Notes: a model not told the origin generated them from the letters alone. A stretch of 58,409 nt of DNA from Pseudomonadota bacterium (GCA_028873525.1 JAGWIM010000003.1:1-58409), one strand, 5' to 3'; positions 41,128 to 58,405 are shown, counted from the first letter of the stretch. Numbers and translations: made by a program.

Positions 41128-42149
41128 AAAGCCTCTGGTCTCGCGGCATCGATTTCTTCGGCTGCGAATACGCCATCATGGGCGGGGCGATGTCGTGGGT
41201 GTCGGAGCGCAACTTGGTTGCAGCGCTGTCGAACGCCGGGGCGTTCGGCGTCATTGCCTGCAGCGCCATGACGCCGGAATTGCTCGATAAGGAAATTACG
41301 GAGACGAAGAAGCTGCTTACTTCTCCCTCCCACAAGGGAGGAGGGGATAAGAGGTCTTTCGGCGTCAACCTCATCATCATGCACCCGAAAATGGACGAGC
41401 TGATCGAAGTGTGCAAAAAACACTATGTGTCGCATGTGGTGCTGGCCGGTGGCATTCCGAAGGATAGCTGGATCAAGGCCATCAAAGCATACGGCGCGAA
41501 GGTCATCTGCTTTGCGCCCTCGGCTATTATCGCGCGCAAACTCATCCGCCTCGGCGCCGATGCCATCGTCATCGAGGGAATGGAGGCGGGTGGCCATATC
41601 GGGCCGGTGTCCACCTCGGTGCTGGCGCAGGAGATTCTACCGGTCATCCGCGAAGTGCCGGTGTTTGTGGCCGGCGGCATCGGGCGCGGCGAGGCGATGG
41701 CGGCGTACCTGGAAATGGGCGCGTCCGGCGTGCAGCTTGGCACGCGGTTTGTCTGCGCCACCGAATCCATCGCCCATGCGAAATTCAAAGAGGCCTTCAT
41801 CCGCGCGGCCGCGCGCGACGCGCAGCCCTCGGTGCAGCTTGACCCGGATTTCCCGGTGATTCCGGTGCGCGCCGTCGTCAACAAGGCGACCGATGCGTTT
41901 GCGCGGATGCAGTATGAAGTCATCGCCGAATTCCGCGGCGGCAAGATCGACAAGAAAGAAGCGCAGCTTAAAATCGAGCATTTCTGGGCGGGAGCGCTCC
42001 GTCGCGCCGTCATTGACGGCGATGTCGAGCATGGCTCGGTCATGGCCGGACAGAGCGTTGGTATGGTGATAAAAATTCAGCCGCTTAAGGAAATCCTGGA
42101 GGAGCTGATCGGGCAGGCGGAAGCCTATCTCGACGCCCACCGATCATGA
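41061..42149 (+). CDS. nitronate monooxygenase/FabK-like FMN enzyme
   Basis: GGAMSWVSE, FGVNL, EGMEAGGHIG, VAGGI and LGTRF motifs. Confidence 0.9.
   Translation: MTSLQDKITGESCAGAPRSAGLKSLWSRGIDFFGCEYAIMGGAMSWVSERNLVAALSNAGAFGVIACSAMTPELLDKEITETKKLLTSPSHKGGGDKRSFGVNLIIMHPKMDELIEVCKKHYVSHVVLAGGIPKDSWIKAIKAYGAKVICFAPSAIIARKLIRLGADAIVIEGMEAGGHIGPVSTSVLAQEILPVIREVPVFVAGGIGRGEAMAAYLEMGASGVQLGTRFVCATESIAHAKFKEAFIRAAARDAQPSVQLDPDFPVIPVRAVVNKATDAFARMQYEVIAEFRGGKIDKKEAQLKIEHFWAGALRRAVIDGDVEHGSVMAGQSVGMVIKIQPLKEILEELIGQAEAYLDAHRS
41322..41347. repeat. minimal PSP-family hairpin in frame (SPSHKGGGD)
   Basis: tctccctccc-acaa-gggaggagggga. Confidence 0.75.
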
Positions 42150-42736
42150 GCACGGATTCCTACAGTGACATCGGCAACCTGCTTAGCCACGCCCGCCTTG
42201 AATTTGGATTGAGCGTCGAGGAGGCCGCGCGCCGGCTGCACATCCGCACGCGCTATGTCGAAGCGCTGGAGGAGGGACGGCTGGCCGATCTGCCCGGCGT
42301 GATTTACACCAAGGGATATCTTCAGGCTTATGCCACCTTCCTCGGGTTGGACAAGGAGGAAATCCTGCGCCGGTTCGAGCAGGTGGAAAAATCGTTGGAA
42401 CATCGCGGCCTCTATTTTCCGGGCATCATGAGCCGCGAGAAAGCGCCAAGCCCGCTTATTATCTGGGGTGGGGCGTCGGCGGCGCTGGTGCTTTATTTTG
42501 CCTGGCTGCTGGTCATGCGGCCACCGCTGTCCTCGATTTCCGTGTTTGAGGCGTTCCCGGCGCCGCCGCAAGAGAGGGTGCCGGTGTCGGTTGGGACGAT
42601 GGCGGATGTGGCTTGCCTGCGCCCGCAGAAGGTATATTATCCGCCCTGTACCACGCTGCGGCACGGCTCCAGCCTGTTTTCGCTGTCGGGCCGACTGGTC
42701 ATGGCGATGCCGCCGACAACCACGCAGTTACCGTGA
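42146..42736 (+). CDS. RodZ-like HTH membrane protein
   Basis: [32 protein letters not shown] followed by a TM helix; upstream of ispG. Confidence 0.85.
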   Translation: MSTDSYSDIGNLLSHARLEFGLSVEEAARRLHIRTRYVEALEEGRLADLPGVIYTKGYLQAYATFLGLDKEEILRRFEQVEKSLEHRGLYFPGIMSREKAPSPLIIWGGASAALVLYFAWLLVMRPPLSSISVFEAFPAPPQERVPVSVGTMADVACLRPQKVYYPPCTTLRHGSSLFSLSGRLVMAMPPTTTQLP

Positions 42737-42738
42737 CG

Positions 42739-43980
42739 ATGCCTGTGTCCCCACAACGCCGCCATTCCTTGAAAACATATATCGGCACCAAAGCCGTGGG
42801 CGGCGACGCGCCTGTCATGGTGCAGGCGATGACCAATACTGACACCGCTGACGTGTCAGCCACCGTGGTGCAGGTGCGCGCGCTCGCCGAGGCGGGATCG
42901 GAAGTGGTGCGGATTACGGTTAACAATGAGGCGGCGGCAAAAGCGGTTCCCGTGATTTATGAAAAGTTATTGGCTGGCGGCACTGCCGTCCCGCTCGTCG
43001 GCGATTTTCATTACAACGGCCATACGTTGCTGAAAAGTTATCCTGAGATGGCGCAGGCCTTGGCCAAATACCGCGTCAATCCCGGCAATGTCGGCTTTGC
43101 GGATAAGCACGATGCGCAGTTTTCCATGATGATTGAGGCGGCGTTACGATATGGCAAGCCGGTGCGGATAGGTGCCAATTGGGGTAGCCTGGATCAGCAG
43201 ATGCTGGCGAAGGTCATGGATGAGAATGCTGCATCGCGGCAGCCCAGGGACGCAGGCGCGGTGGCGCGCGAGGCGCTGGTGCGTTCGGCGCTGGAGAGCG
43301 CCAGACACGCTGAAGACATTGGCATGGCAGCGAACGATATTATTCTCTCCTGCAAGGTCAGCCGTGTGCCGGATTTAATCACCGTGTACCGCGACCTTGC
43401 GTCGCGGTGCAATTTCGCGCTGCATCTGGGCCTCACCGAAGCAGGCATGGGAAGCCGAGGCATTGTGGCGTCAAGCGCGGCGCTGGCCGTGCTGCTCATG
43501 GAAGGCATCGGCGACACCATCCGCATTTCGTTGACGCCGGAACCGAATGGCGATAGGGCACAGGAAGTGCGCGTCGCGCAGGAATTATTGCAGAGCTTGG
43601 GTTTGCGGAGCTTCACGCCGCAGGTCACGGCCTGCCCGGGCTGCGGCCGCACCACCAGCACTACCTTTCAGGAACTGGCCGATAAGATTCAAACATTCTT
43701 GCGGGCGCGGATGCCGCGCTGGAAGGAACACTATGCGGGCGTGGAACGCATGAACGTGGCGGTGATGGGTTGCATCGTCAACGGCCCGGGCGAGAGCAAG
43801 CACGCCGACATCGGCATTTCGCTACCCGGCGCTGGCGAATCCCCCGCCGCGCCCGTCTTCATCGACGGCAAAAAAGCGCTCACCCTTCGCGGCGAGCGCA
43901 TCGCCGAGGAGTTTCAGCAATTGGTGGAGAATTACGTGAAGGAAAAATACGGGCGAGAAGGAAAAAAATATGTCGCCTAA
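42739..43980 (+). CDS. ispG: HMB-PP synthase
   Basis: [25 protein letters not shown] and [11 protein letters not shown] motifs. Confidence 0.97.
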   Translation: MPVSPQRRHSLKTYIGTKAVGGDAPVMVQAMTNTDTADVSATVVQVRALAEAGSEVVRITVNNEAAAKAVPVIYEKLLAGGTAVPLVGDFHYNGHTLLKSYPEMAQALAKYRVNPGNVGFADKHDAQFSMMIEAALRYGKPVRIGANWGSLDQQMLAKVMDENAASRQPRDAGAVAREALVRSALESARHAEDIGMAANDIILSCKVSRVPDLITVYRDLASRCNFALHLGLTEAGMGSRGIVASSAALAVLLMEGIGDTIRISLTPEPNGDRAQEVRVAQELLQSLGLRSFTPQVTACPGCGRTTSTTFQELADKIQTFLRARMPRWKEHYAGVERMNVAVMGCIVNGPGESKHADIGISLPGAGESPAAPVFIDGKKALTLRGERIAEEFQQLVENYVKEKYGREGKKYVA

Positions 43981-45322
43981 ACTCCAGCCTGTCCGTGGTA
44001 CGCACGATATTCTGCCGGAGGAATTCGAGAAATTTCATGCCGTAGTGACGCGCGCGCGCGAACTCGCCACGCTTTATGGTTTTCGCGAAATGGCCACGCC
44101 GATTTTCGAGCAGACGGAAGTATTCTCGCGCTCGATGGGTGAAACCTCCGATGTGGTGAGCAAGGAAATGTTCACCTTTCCAACCAAGGGCGAGGAAAGC
44201 GTTACGCTCAGGCCGGAATTCACGGCGGGAATTGTTCGCGCGTTTTTATCAAACGGGATGCAGCAGCATCTGCCGCTCAAACTCTTTTCCACCGGCCCGC
44301 TGTTCCGCTACGAGCGCCCGCAGAAAGGCCGCCAGCGCCAATTTCATCAGGTGAATTTTGAGTATTTTGGATATGATAGTCCTGCCGCTGATGTTGAAAC
44401 AATCTGCCTTGCCGGACATTTATTATATTCTTTATCCGGAAAGACTGGTTGCACTTTGCTCATTAACACGCTTGGTGATAAAGAAAGCAGAGAAAAATAT
44501 CGTAACGCGCTCGTAGATTATCTTACGCCATATGCTAAGGACATGTCGGAAGACAGCCAACGCCGCCTTGTCAGCAATCCGCTGCGTATTCTCGATTCCA
44601 AGAGCGAGCAGGATAAAAAAATCATTCACGATGCGCCAAAGATCACCGATTATCTAAGCAGCAGTGCAAAAACTCGTTTTGATTTTGTGTGTGAGACATT
44701 AAGCAAAATGCCGGCTATGCAACCTATGAAGGTAAGCCCGTCATTGGTGCGAGGATTGGATTATTATACCGATACCATATTTGAGTTTGTTGCCGAGACA
44801 GGGGAATTAGGTACGCAGAATACGGTACTGGCAGGCGGCAGATACGATGGATTAGTCGAGCAACTGGGTGGAAATTCTGTGCCTGCCATTGGTTTCGCCG
44901 CAGGCATTGAGCGGTTGCTCCTCCTTACTAAAACTCTTGAGTGGGATAATGTACGGCAACTTAAAATCATGATTCTGCCGTTTGAAGCAGTATTGCCGGA
45001 AGCAACGCTTATGATTGCCGCAATTCTGCGCAATGAACTCTACGCGCATCAAAGAAAAACGAATCTGAAATGGAAATTTACTGTAGAGTCTTTATGGCAA
45101 GGCAATCTTAAGAAGCGCATGGAAAGGGCAGCGCAGCGAAATGCGGATTATGTGATTATTTTAGGGCCAGAAGAAGTTTCTCGCGATGCATGCGTTGTCA
45201 AAAATATGAAAACAGGCAAGCAGGAAGAAGTAAGCCTTGCTAACCTTAAAGATGAGAACAAGCTCATCGAGTTATTTAATATAACACAGGATCCCGGCTT
45301 TCGCCGGAATGACGAGAAATAA
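43970..45322 (+). CDS. hisS: histidine--tRNA ligase, AT-rich 3' two-thirds, repeat-derived C-terminus
   Basis: [30 protein letters not shown] and GGRYDGL motifs. Confidence 0.97.
   Translation: MSPKLQPVRGTHDILPEEFEKFHAVVTRARELATLYGFREMATPIFEQTEVFSRSMGETSDVVSKEMFTFPTKGEESVTLRPEFTAGIVRAFLSNGMQQHLPLKLFSTGPLFRYERPQKGRQRQFHQVNFEYFGYDSPAADVETICLAGHLLYSLSGKTGCTLLINTLGDKESREKYRNALVDYLTPYAKDMSEDSQRRLVSNPLRILDSKSEQDKKIIHDAPKITDYLSSSAKTRFDFVCETLSKMPAMQPMKVSPSLVRGLDYYTDTIFEFVAETGELGTQNTVLAGGRYDGLVEQLGGNSVPAIGFAAGIERLLLLTKTLEWDNVRQLKIMILPFEAVLPEATLMIAAILRNELYAHQRKTNLKWKFTVESLWQGNLKKRMERAAQRNADYVIILGPEEVSRDACVVKNMKTGKQEEVSLANLKDENKLIELFNITQDPGFRRNDEK
45289..45314. repeat. CGTC-family arm encoding the HisS C-terminus (DPGFRRND)
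   Basis: ggatcccggc-tttc-gccggaatgacg. Confidence 0.8.
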
Positions 45323-46393
45323 ATGTCCTTCTCTGACCGGCTCGATACGCTGGTGCGGCGGCATCAGGAATTAAACGATATGCTCTCCGCAGGGCAGGTC
45401 AGCGGTTCTGACTTTGCCAAATATTCCAGGGAATATGCCGATCTCACGCCGTTGGTCGAGACCATCCAGGCCTACCAGAAAGCCAATAGTTCGCTGCGGG
45501 ATGTGAAAGCGATGATCGCTGACCCGGCCTGCGACGCCGAGATGAAAAAAATGGCGGAAGAAGAAATGCATGAGTTGCAGCACACGCTGCCGGCGCTGAC
45601 AAAAGCGGTGCAACTGGCGCTGCTGCCTAAGGACGCGGCGGATGAGAAGAACGCGATTCTCGAAGTGCGCGCCGGTACCGGCGGCGACGAGGCGGCACTG
45701 TTTGCCGCCGATTTATTCCGCATGTACCAGCGCTATGCCGGGAAGCAGGGCTGGAAATTTGAAGTGATGTCTCTCTCCGAATCGGGCATCGGCGGCTATA
45801 AGGATGCGACGGCGGAAATCACCGGCCGCGGCGTCTTCGCCAAGATGAAATACGAGGCGGGCGTGCATCGCGTGCAGCGTGTGCCGAAAACCGAAACGCA
45901 AGGCCGCATCCATACCTCGGCGGCCACCGTCGCCGTGTTGCCGGAGGCCGAGGAGGTGGACATCAAAATCGAAGACAAGGATTTGCGCATCGACGTGTTT
46001 CGTTCGAGCGGCCCCGGCGGGCAGAGCGTCAATACCACCGATTCGGCGGTGCGCATCGTCCATCTGCCGACCGGGCTTATCGTGCAGCAGCAGGATGAAA
46101 AATCGCAGCACAAGAACAAGGCGAAGGCGCTGAAAGTGCTGCGCGCGCGGCTTTATGAAGCCGAGCGCGAAAAGCTGGCCAACGAACGCGCCAGCGCCCG
46201 CAAGGAAATGGTCGGTTCGGGAGACAGAAGCGAGCGCATCCGCACCTATAATTTTCCGCAGAGCCGCGTTACCGACCACCGTATTAACCTGACTACCTAT
46301 ACTATCGATCAGGTGATGAACGGCGAGCTTTCCGAATTCACCGACGCGCTCATCGCTGACGACCAGGCGAAAATGCTGGCGGAATTGAGCTAA
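45323..46393 (+). CDS. prfA: peptide chain release factor 1
   Basis: RVQRVPKTE (PxT) and [13 protein letters not shown] motifs. Confidence 0.98.
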   Translation: MSFSDRLDTLVRRHQELNDMLSAGQVSGSDFAKYSREYADLTPLVETIQAYQKANSSLRDVKAMIADPACDAEMKKMAEEEMHELQHTLPALTKAVQLALLPKDAADEKNAILEVRAGTGGDEAALFAADLFRMYQRYAGKQGWKFEVMSLSESGIGGYKDATAEITGRGVFAKMKYEAGVHRVQRVPKTETQGRIHTSAATVAVLPEAEEVDIKIEDKDLRIDVFRSSGPGGQSVNTTDSAVRIVHLPTGLIVQQQDEKSQHKNKAKALKVLRARLYEAEREKLANERASARKEMVGSGDRSERIRTYNFPQSRVTDHRINLTTYTIDQVMNGELSEFTDALIADDQAKMLAELS

Positions 46394-46394
46394 A

Positions 46395-47321
46395 ATGGCA
46401 TGTAATTCCCCTTTGCAATCGGCGCCGGTTTCTGCTAGAGAGGCTGTGCGCGACGCGGTGATGGCCCTGCAGCGGGCCGGTGTCGAAACCGCGTCGCTGG
46501 ATGCACGGGTGCTGTTGGAATACGTGCTTGGCGCAAGCCGCGAGGAGTTACTCGCCGCGATGGATGTGCCGATCGATGACAGCCAGAATGCCGCGTACCG
46601 CGAATTGGTGAAAAAACGTGCACGGCGCTGTCCGGTGTCGCAGCTTACCGGTCGGCGGGAGTTCTGGGGGCTGACGTTTAAGGTGACGGCGGATACGCTC
46701 GATCCGCGCCCTGACAGCGAAACGCTGGTCGAGGCGGTGCTCGAAGCCGTGGAGGGTGGAACGTGGAACGTGAAACGAGATAATGTTTTGCCACGCGCCA
46801 CGCGCCATATGCCGCAAACCATTCTTGATTTGGGAACCGGAACGGGTTGCCTGCTGATCGCATTGTTGAGGGAATGTAAAAATGCAGAAGGAATTGGCGT
46901 GGATTTGAGTGATGCAGCAATCGCCGTAGCGCGCGAAAATGCCGCTGCCCTGGGGGTCGGTAATCGTGCCCGCTTCATCGCCGGTAACTGGAACGCGCCG
47001 CTTGACGGGAGATTCGACAGTATACTTTCCAATCCGCCCTATATTCCCACCGGGGAGATTGCCACGCTGGCGCCGGAAGTGGCGCAGCATGAGCCGAAAC
47101 TGGCGCTCGACGGCGGCGCCGATGGGCTGGACGCCTACCGTGCCATCCTGCCGCGACTTTCAGGATTGCTGGCGGAACGTGGCCGCGCATTTCTCGAAAT
47201 CGGCAAGGGGCAGGAGGAAGATGTAATTACGCTGGCGCGGCAGAGTGGGCTTGCCGCCCTTGGCGTGAAACAGGATTTAGGCGGTGTGACGCGGTGCGTC
47301 ATGCTGGCTATGCAAAACTAA
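46395..47321 (+). CDS. prmC: release factor glutamine methyltransferase with an in-frame heptamer insertion
   Basis: PRPDSE, LDLGTGTGC and SNPPY motifs. Confidence 0.96.
   Translation: MACNSPLQSAPVSAREAVRDAVMALQRAGVETASLDARVLLEYVLGASREELLAAMDVPIDDSQNAAYRELVKKRARRCPVSQLTGRREFWGLTFKVTADTLDPRPDSETLVEAVLEAVEGGTWNVKRDNVLPRATRHMPQTILDLGTGTGCLLIALLRECKNAEGIGVDLSDAAIAVARENAAALGVGNRARFIAGNWNAPLDGRFDSILSNPPYIPTGEIATLAPEVAQHEPKLALDGGADGLDAYRAILPRLSGLLAERGRAFLEIGKGQEEDVITLARQSGLAALGVKQDLGGVTRCVMLAMQN
46748..46820. repeat. heptamer-arm inverted repeat in frame in prmC (VEGGTWNVKRDNVLPRATRHMPQ)
   Basis: cgtggag ggtggaa cgtggaa cgtgaaa ... gccacgc gccacgc gccatat gccgcaa. Confidence 0.85.
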
Positions 47322-47342
47322 CCATCAACCAATGGAGTGACA

Positions 47343-47780
47343 ATGCGACGGAGACCCAATAATCAGAATAACGGCGGCAGCTATAACAACCAGAACCGCC
47401 GGCCACGCTATCAGGGCGGCAGCGATCGCCAGCCTCACCATAATTCCGGCGGCGGCCATCGCCCGCGCCGCAATTACGCGCAGGCGCGCGAGAAATATCT
47501 CCTGCAGGCGCGCGACGCGCTGGCGTCCGGCGACCGCGTGCTGGCCGAGAATTATTTTCAGCATGCTGATCACTGTTACCGCATGATGGTGGAAGAAGGG
47601 TATTTCACCCGCCACCAACAGCCTTCGCAGCCTGCGGATACGCAGTCGACGGCGGTGCCATCTGAGGAATTTATTCAAGAAAACACAGACCAGTTACCAG
47701 CGTTTCTTAATGCGCCAGTTGAGCAACAGAAGCCGGTCGACCCGGGGACTATACAGAACTGGGAAGAGCGGGATGCTTAA
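47343..47780 (+). CDS. DUF4167 family protein
   Basis: EKYLLQARDALASGDRVLAENYFQHADH; usual alphaproteobacterial position after prmC. Confidence 0.9.
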   Translation: MRRRPNNQNNGGSYNNQNRRPRYQGGSDRQPHHNSGGGHRPRRNYAQAREKYLLQARDALASGDRVLAENYFQHADHCYRMMVEEGYFTRHQQPSQPADTQSTAVPSEEFIQENTDQLPAFLNAPVEQQKPVDPGTIQNWEERDA

Positions 47781-47807
47781 CCAGCCCCGCCGAATGGCGG
47801 GGGCTGG
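47781..47807 (+). terminator. GC-rich hairpin right after the stop (terminator or REP arm)
   Basis: ccagccccgcc-gaat-ggcgggggctgg followed by T-rich sequence. Confidence 0.5.
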
Positions 47808-48117
47808 ATTTATCCATTTTTAGTTAGGTAAAAATTGTTCAACGGTTTTTCCCGCCAAATCTATTTTTTGTGAATTGATCGGCGAAGCTGGAGAGTTTCA
47901 GGCCTTTTAATACCCCCAATCTGTGAAGTGCTGACTCCCCATCAGCAATTAAAATTGAAAAAAGATTTTACGGCGCTCTCGGTTACTTCTACCGGTACGT
48001 TATTACCTCTGGCTCTCAGTATGCATGTCGATAACTGGAATCGGGAAATACATGAAGTCATTACTTACCTTGAACCGATTGTGACCAATCATATGGGCAG
48101 TATGTCTGTAATGCCTA

Positions 48118-49044
48118 CTAACGCTTTGATCCCATCGCGGAGTTAGGGGCTTGTTTAATCCCCAGCAAACAACTCTCGCCATTCAGGCATTCCTTGGCCA
48201 GCGTGGCGGTGAGCAGGCCGAAGGGCAGCGCCATTTGTAATTTCAATGGCATCAGTTTGGCGTCATCGCTGAAATATATGTAAAGAGTCGGGTCGTCCGG
48301 CCCGAAACCCGCTAATTCCTTCCTGGTGAAACCCGCCAGCGGTTTGCGCCGCGCCGCCACTGCGATGACCGGCAGTTTGCCAGTCCCATAGAAAATAATC
48401 TTTTTGCCGAGTATGATGAAATCGGCCTCGCTTAGCCGGTTGCCGTCATAGACGTTTATAAAAAATTCCTCCCTCCCCCTGTGGGAGGGGGTTAGGGGGC
48501 GGGGGTCTCTTATTGAAGAAGCCCCCTCTCCCCGACCCTCCCCCCCAGGGGTGGAGGGAGCAGTACGCGCTTCCTGCAATTTTTCCCGCGCCTCGATGAT
48601 AAGGCTTAAGGGATCCACCGCGTTTTTCAGTATCGCCGCCGGTACGGCCGGGCGCGTGACGTGGTTCTCCGGCGGGATTTGCGTTTCCTGCACGCGCCCG
48701 TTTTTCCTCACCAGCCGGATGTAGTGTTTTTTGCCTCGCGTCTGGTAATGCGTTTCGTATTCGATGGCCGGATAAATGAAATGCTCTCCGCTGGCTTCTG
48801 TCGTTGAATGGCTCTGGTGCTTGACGAAGAGCCTGAGCAGCCCGCTGGTGGTGATGTCGGCGGCGACGGCGTAATGGCCTGGCGTCTGCTCGATGTCGAT
48901 GCCCATCTTGCCGATGGGGATGCCGGAGAAGGTGCAGATATAGATGCCCTTGAAATTGATCGGGCTTCCCGCCTCGCCGGCTAGGGCAGGGCAGGATAAC
49001 AACATGAGAACGAGGGTGTTGAAAAAATAGTGTTTCATAGCCAT
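48118..49044 (-). CDS. DUF3108-like exported protein with a PSP insertion
   Basis: Signal peptide; AVDPLS, VYDGNR and IYFSDD..LMPLK motifs. Confidence 0.75.
   Translation of the reverse strand: MAMKHYFFNTLVLMLLSCPALAGEAGSPINFKGIYICTFSGIPIGKMGIDIEQTPGHYAVAADITTSGLLRLFVKHQSHSTTEASGEHFIYPAIEYETHYQTRGKKHYIRLVRKNGRVQETQIPPENHVTRPAVPAAILKNAVDPLSLIIEAREKLQEARTAPSTPGGEGRGEGASSIRDPRPLTPSHRGREEFFINVYDGNRLSEADFIILGKKIIFYGTGKLPVIAVAARRKPLAGFTRKELAGFGPDDPTLYIYFSDDAKLMPLKLQMALPFGLLTATLAKECLNGESCLLGIKQAPNSAMGSKR
48466..48560. repeat. full-length PSP-family doublet in frame (PSTPGGEGRGEGASSIRDPRPLTPSHRGRE)
   Basis: ctccctccccctgtgggagggggttagggggcgggg ... ccccctctccccgaccctcccccccaggggtggaggga. Confidence 0.92.
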
Positions 49045-49148
49045 ATATCACTTAATCCTGCGGACGGTGAAGCCTTGGCGCAGGGTCTTTGGCAATGACG
49101 GGATCCTGTGCCCCGCCTATGACTCGCACGGGATTGACAGGATAAACC

Positions 49149-51745
<2,597 letters not shown>

Positions 51746-51749
<4 letters not shown>

Positions 51750-53095
51750 TTTTGCGCTGTATTCATCGCTAACTTTTCCCTGTCGCCCGCCGGCATTGCG
51801 GCAAGCTGTGTTTTGATGTGCGCGACGGCGTGGCGGAAGGCGAGAAGATCGCGGCCGCTCAGCACGTTTCCGGTCTTGAATTTCACGCCGGAGGGATTGA
51901 CCTGGCTGCCGTTTACCAGCACTTCATAATGCAGATGCGGGCCGGTGGCCATGCCGGTGGCGCCGACATAGGCGACGATCTGCCCCTGCTTGACATGCGA
52001 ACCTACGTGAATGCCGGAGGCATAGCGGCTGATATGGGCATAGGCGGTTTCATATTTTGGGCCGTGGCGCAGGCGGAGGTAATTGCCGTAGCCGCCGCGC
52101 CGCCCTTCGATTTCCACCACCCCGTCGCCGGCGGCGTAAATCGGCGTGCCGGTCACCGCGCCGAAATCCACGCCGCGGTGCATTTTTGAATAGCCAAGAA
52201 TCGGGTGTAGCCGCATGCCGTAGCCGGAAGTGATGCGCGCGCCGGGGATGGGCGTGCGAAGCAGCGCCTTGCGGACGCTTTCTCCTTTGGCGTTATAATA
52301 ATCGGCGCGTCCGTGCCGGTCGGCGTAGCGGTAGATTTTTAAGCGCCGGTTTCCTGAAATGAGTTCGGCAAATAATACATGGCCGTGGCCGACGCGACGT
52401 CCCGCGTTGGTTTCCAGCCGGTCGAACAGCACGTCCAGACGGTCGCCGGGCTTGATGTCGCGCTGGAAATCCACATCGTAGCTGTAGGCGGCGATGATTT
52501 CGTCAATCAAGGCGGGAGGAAGCCCGGCGGTATCGGCGGTTTCATACAGGCTGCTGGTGATGCGCCCGCTGACGTGCACGGCGCGGAGTTTAACCGGCAC
52601 GTCCTGTGTTTTCGCCGTAAAGCCGGATCCGTCCTTAAGCCGCGCCAGATCGATATTCACCACCGGCGAGGCGGGAAGCTTCAGGTGCGTGATGACCGGC
52701 GGGCTGCCCGGGATTTCACCTTTGCCAAGTTTCAGCGCTATATTCTCCCCGGCGACAAGCTTGCGCGGATCATAGACTTTCCGCACCGCCGCGACCGCTT
52801 CTCTGGCGTCATCCGGCGCGGCGCCGGCATCGGTGAGTATGCCCATCAGCGTGTCACCGCTTTCGGCTTTGAGTACGAGGGCCAGAGGATACACCGAAGG
52901 TGGCGGGGCAACAGGTGCGGCGTGTGCAGGCGCCGCCGCCACGACCGGAGGCAGGCCGGTCGTGGCCGGGGCTAAGGGAAAAAATACAGCGACAGCAGTC
53001 ACGCCGCAGGTGACGAGGAATGCGCAGGAGAGACGCGACGCCGTCCGCCGCGGGACGACACGGACGGGATAAACCGCACTCTTATCCTGTAACAT
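51746..53095 (-). CDS. M23 family peptidoglycan endopeptidase
   Basis: HRGVDF, TAYAH and GPHLHYE motifs. Confidence 0.93.
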
Positions 53096-53229
53096 CGCGA
53101 TACTTCAACTCCTTGAAGCATTTACTGTAATCATCGGCGAGCCGATGATTTTTCCTAGGCGATTGCCACCGTCATGCCAATCATAAAAACGCCGTCTCCA
53201 TTTTTTTGTTTCCTGTTCGTACTTTTAGC

Positions 53230-53258
53230 TTGACGCGACAGCACGCTGACATTAAGTT
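53230..53258 (+). promoter_or_regulatory. putative sigma70 promoter for the str operon
   Basis: TTGACG-17 nt-TAAGTT. Confidence 0.5.
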
Positions 53259-53447
53259 ACGCGCCTCGCTGATAAGGGCGATACTGCCATTCCAGCCTGT
53301 GTACGCCCAAAAGGTTACTAAAGGCTTAATGGCAAGTCCCCGTATTAGCGGTACTTTTTTTACGTTTCTTTAGTCGGCGGTTGTCGCTCCGCGCTGCGGG
53401 ATGAAGCTGCCTCTTAAAAACGAACCTGAATAGATAAGGACTCTATA

Positions 53448-53819
53448 ATGCCGACCATTAACCAGTTGGTCCGCGGTGGCCGCCGTTCCGTTGCCAGGCG
53501 CGACAAGGTGCCGGCGCTGGAAAAATGCCCGCAGAAACGCGGCGTGTGCACGCAGGTCAAGACCACGACGCCCAAGAAACCGAACTCGGCGTTGCGTAAA
53601 GTCGCCAAGGTGCGTTTTACCAACGGGTTCGAAGCGTTCTGTTATATTCCCGGCGAAGGCCATAACCTGCAGGAACACAGCGTGGTGCTGATCCGCGGCG
53701 GCCGCGTGAAGGATTTGCCCGGCGTGCGCTATCACATCATTCGCGGCACGCTCGATACCCAGGGTGTCAAGAACCGCAAGCAATCGCGCTCGGCTTACGG
53801 CGCGAAGAGACCGAAGTGA
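53448..53819 (+). CDS. rpsL: 30S ribosomal protein S12
   Basis: [10 protein letters not shown] and [10 protein letters not shown] motifs. Confidence 0.99.
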   Translation: MPTINQLVRGGRRSVARRDKVPALEKCPQKRGVCTQVKTTTPKKPNSALRKVAKVRFTNGFEAFCYIPGEGHNLQEHSVVLIRGGRVKDLPGVRYHIIRGTLDTQGVKNRKQSRSAYGAKRPK

Positions 53820-53854
53820 TGGTAAATCCCGGCGGCGTGGCCGCTTAGGTTCCC

Positions 53855-53923
53855 GTCATCTCCGCGAAGGCGGGGATCCAGGGAAACAAAAAGGAAATGG
53901 CTTCCCGCCTGCGCGGGAATGAC
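53855..53923. repeat. CGTC-family REP doublet between rpsL and rpsG
   Basis: gtcatctccgcgaaggcggggatcca ... tggcttcccgcctgcgcgggaatgac. Confidence 0.92.
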
Positions 53924-53940
53924 AAGGAAAAGGAAGAATT

Positions 53941-54411
53941 ATGAGTCGTCGCCATGCTGCACAAAAACGCCACGTCCTGCCGGACGCCAAATTCGGCGAT
54001 ATCGTGCTGACCAAGCTTATCAACACAATGATGTATAGCGGTAAGAAGTCCGCCGCCGAAACCATCGCCTATGAAGCGCTCGACATCATCAAGAAGAAAA
54101 CCAGCGCCGATCCGCTCAAATTTTTCCACGACGCGCTCTCCAATATCAAGCCGTCGATCGAAGTGCGGTCACGCCGCGTCGGCGGCGCAACCTACCAGGT
54201 GCCGACCGAGGTGCGCGAAGAGCGCCGCCTGGCGCTTGCCCTGCGCTGGCTGATCGAAGCGGCCCGCGCCCGCAAGGAAAAAACCATGCGCGATCGCATT
54301 GCCAATGAACTGATGGACGCGGCCAACGGCCGCGGCGGCGCGGTCACCAAGCGCGAAAACACGCACAAGATGGCCGAAGCCAACAAAGCCTTCTCGCATT
54401 ACAGGTGGTAG
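53941..54411 (+). CDS. rpsG: 30S ribosomal protein S7
   Basis: [12 protein letters not shown] and [13 protein letters not shown] motifs. Confidence 0.99.
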   Translation: MSRRHAAQKRHVLPDAKFGDIVLTKLINTMMYSGKKSAAETIAYEALDIIKKKTSADPLKFFHDALSNIKPSIEVRSRRVGGATYQVPTEVREERRLALALRWLIEAARARKEKTMRDRIANELMDAANGRGGAVTKRENTHKMAEANKAFSHYRW

Positions 54412-54415
54412 GCAG

Positions 54416-54838
54416 ATGCAATCCTCCGCTGAAACAATGCTGCACGACCACAATCATGGGTTCCAGGATACCGACTATCCGGCCTTACGGAATCTCTATG
54501 CATTGTGGTATGCCCGCTTCCTGCCGCAAGGTGTGCTTGGCAAGATCGGTGCAAACGGCCAGGTTATCGAGCGCACGGTCGAGGGTGAGCGTGCCGGCGC
54601 GCCGCTGCAGGCGCAGGCGACCAACGAATTCGTCAAGATCATGCCGGCACTGCTGATTGCCCGCGAGATGTATGAAACGCGCGACACCGCCGCTCTTCGG
54701 AATCCGGAAACGAAACAGGCGCTGGCCACTGCCATCGGGTTTTTTGTTGCTTGCGGCCACGATCACCATAACACTATCCTCGCCACGCTGGACGCGCTCT
54801 ATCGGCAAGCGCCGCCGCTCGCTGCGGGACGGAGTTAA
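54416..54838 (+). CDS. hypothetical protein between rpsG and fusA
   Basis: 140-codon ORF filling the gap, host-like codon usage. Confidence 0.75.
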   Translation: MQSSAETMLHDHNHGFQDTDYPALRNLYALWYARFLPQGVLGKIGANGQVIERTVEGERAGAPLQAQATNEFVKIMPALLIAREMYETRDTAALRNPETKQALATAIGFFVACGHDHHNTILATLDALYRQAPPLAAGRS

Positions 54839-54840
54839 TC

Positions 54841-56916
<2,076 letters not shown>

Positions 56917-56934
56917 ACGAAGTGAAAGCAATCG

Positions 56935-56960
56935 CGCCGTAGCTCCGAAGGAGCGAAGGC
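56935..56960. repeat. short hairpin of the same family as the element nested in arnT
   Basis: gccgtagct-ccgaagg-agcgaaggc versus gccgtagct-tt-agcgaaggg at 18080. Confidence 0.65.
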
Positions 56961-56985
56961 AGATGGCGAAAGAAAGTAAGAAGTT

Positions 56986-57213
56986 ATGAAAAAAGAATTT
57001 GAGATTGCACTGCAAAATCCCATCAAACCGGACGCAAATCCGGTTCAGATGAAAGCGCGTGTGGATGAAGTGGCTCCAGATGCCAGCACGGCAATTATCG
57101 AAAATCCAACTGTGAAGGATATCAACACGCTGCGTCGTAATTCCGATGTGGTGGTTGTTACGCCTTCTGTTGAGAGACAGATTTCAACTGGTACGACACA
57201 ATTAGGAGCCTAA
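56986..57213 (+). CDS. small hypothetical protein between fusA and tuf
   Basis: 75-codon ORF ending 1 nt before the tuf ATG; contains the tuf RBS AGGAG. Confidence 0.6.
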   Translation: MKKEFEIALQNPIKPDANPVQMKARVDEVAPDASTAIIENPTVKDINTLRRNSDVVVVTPSVERQISTGTTQLGA

Positions 57214-57214
57214 C

Positions 57215-58405
<1,191 letters not shown>

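Noticed and set aside
45713-47032. Long antisense ORFs (also 25515-26711, 49176-50288, 56032-57015, 57158-58180)
   Set aside because: Shadow frames of GC-rich genes with biased codon usage; no protein motifs.
49052-49148. RpoH promoter or CIRCE element upstream of clpB
   Set aside because: No convincing consensus with correct spacing.
53448-53819. Streptomycin-resistance allele of rpsL
   Set aside because: PKKPNSA and RVKDLPG lysines are wild type; other substitutions ([11 protein letters not shown]) are uninterpretable here.
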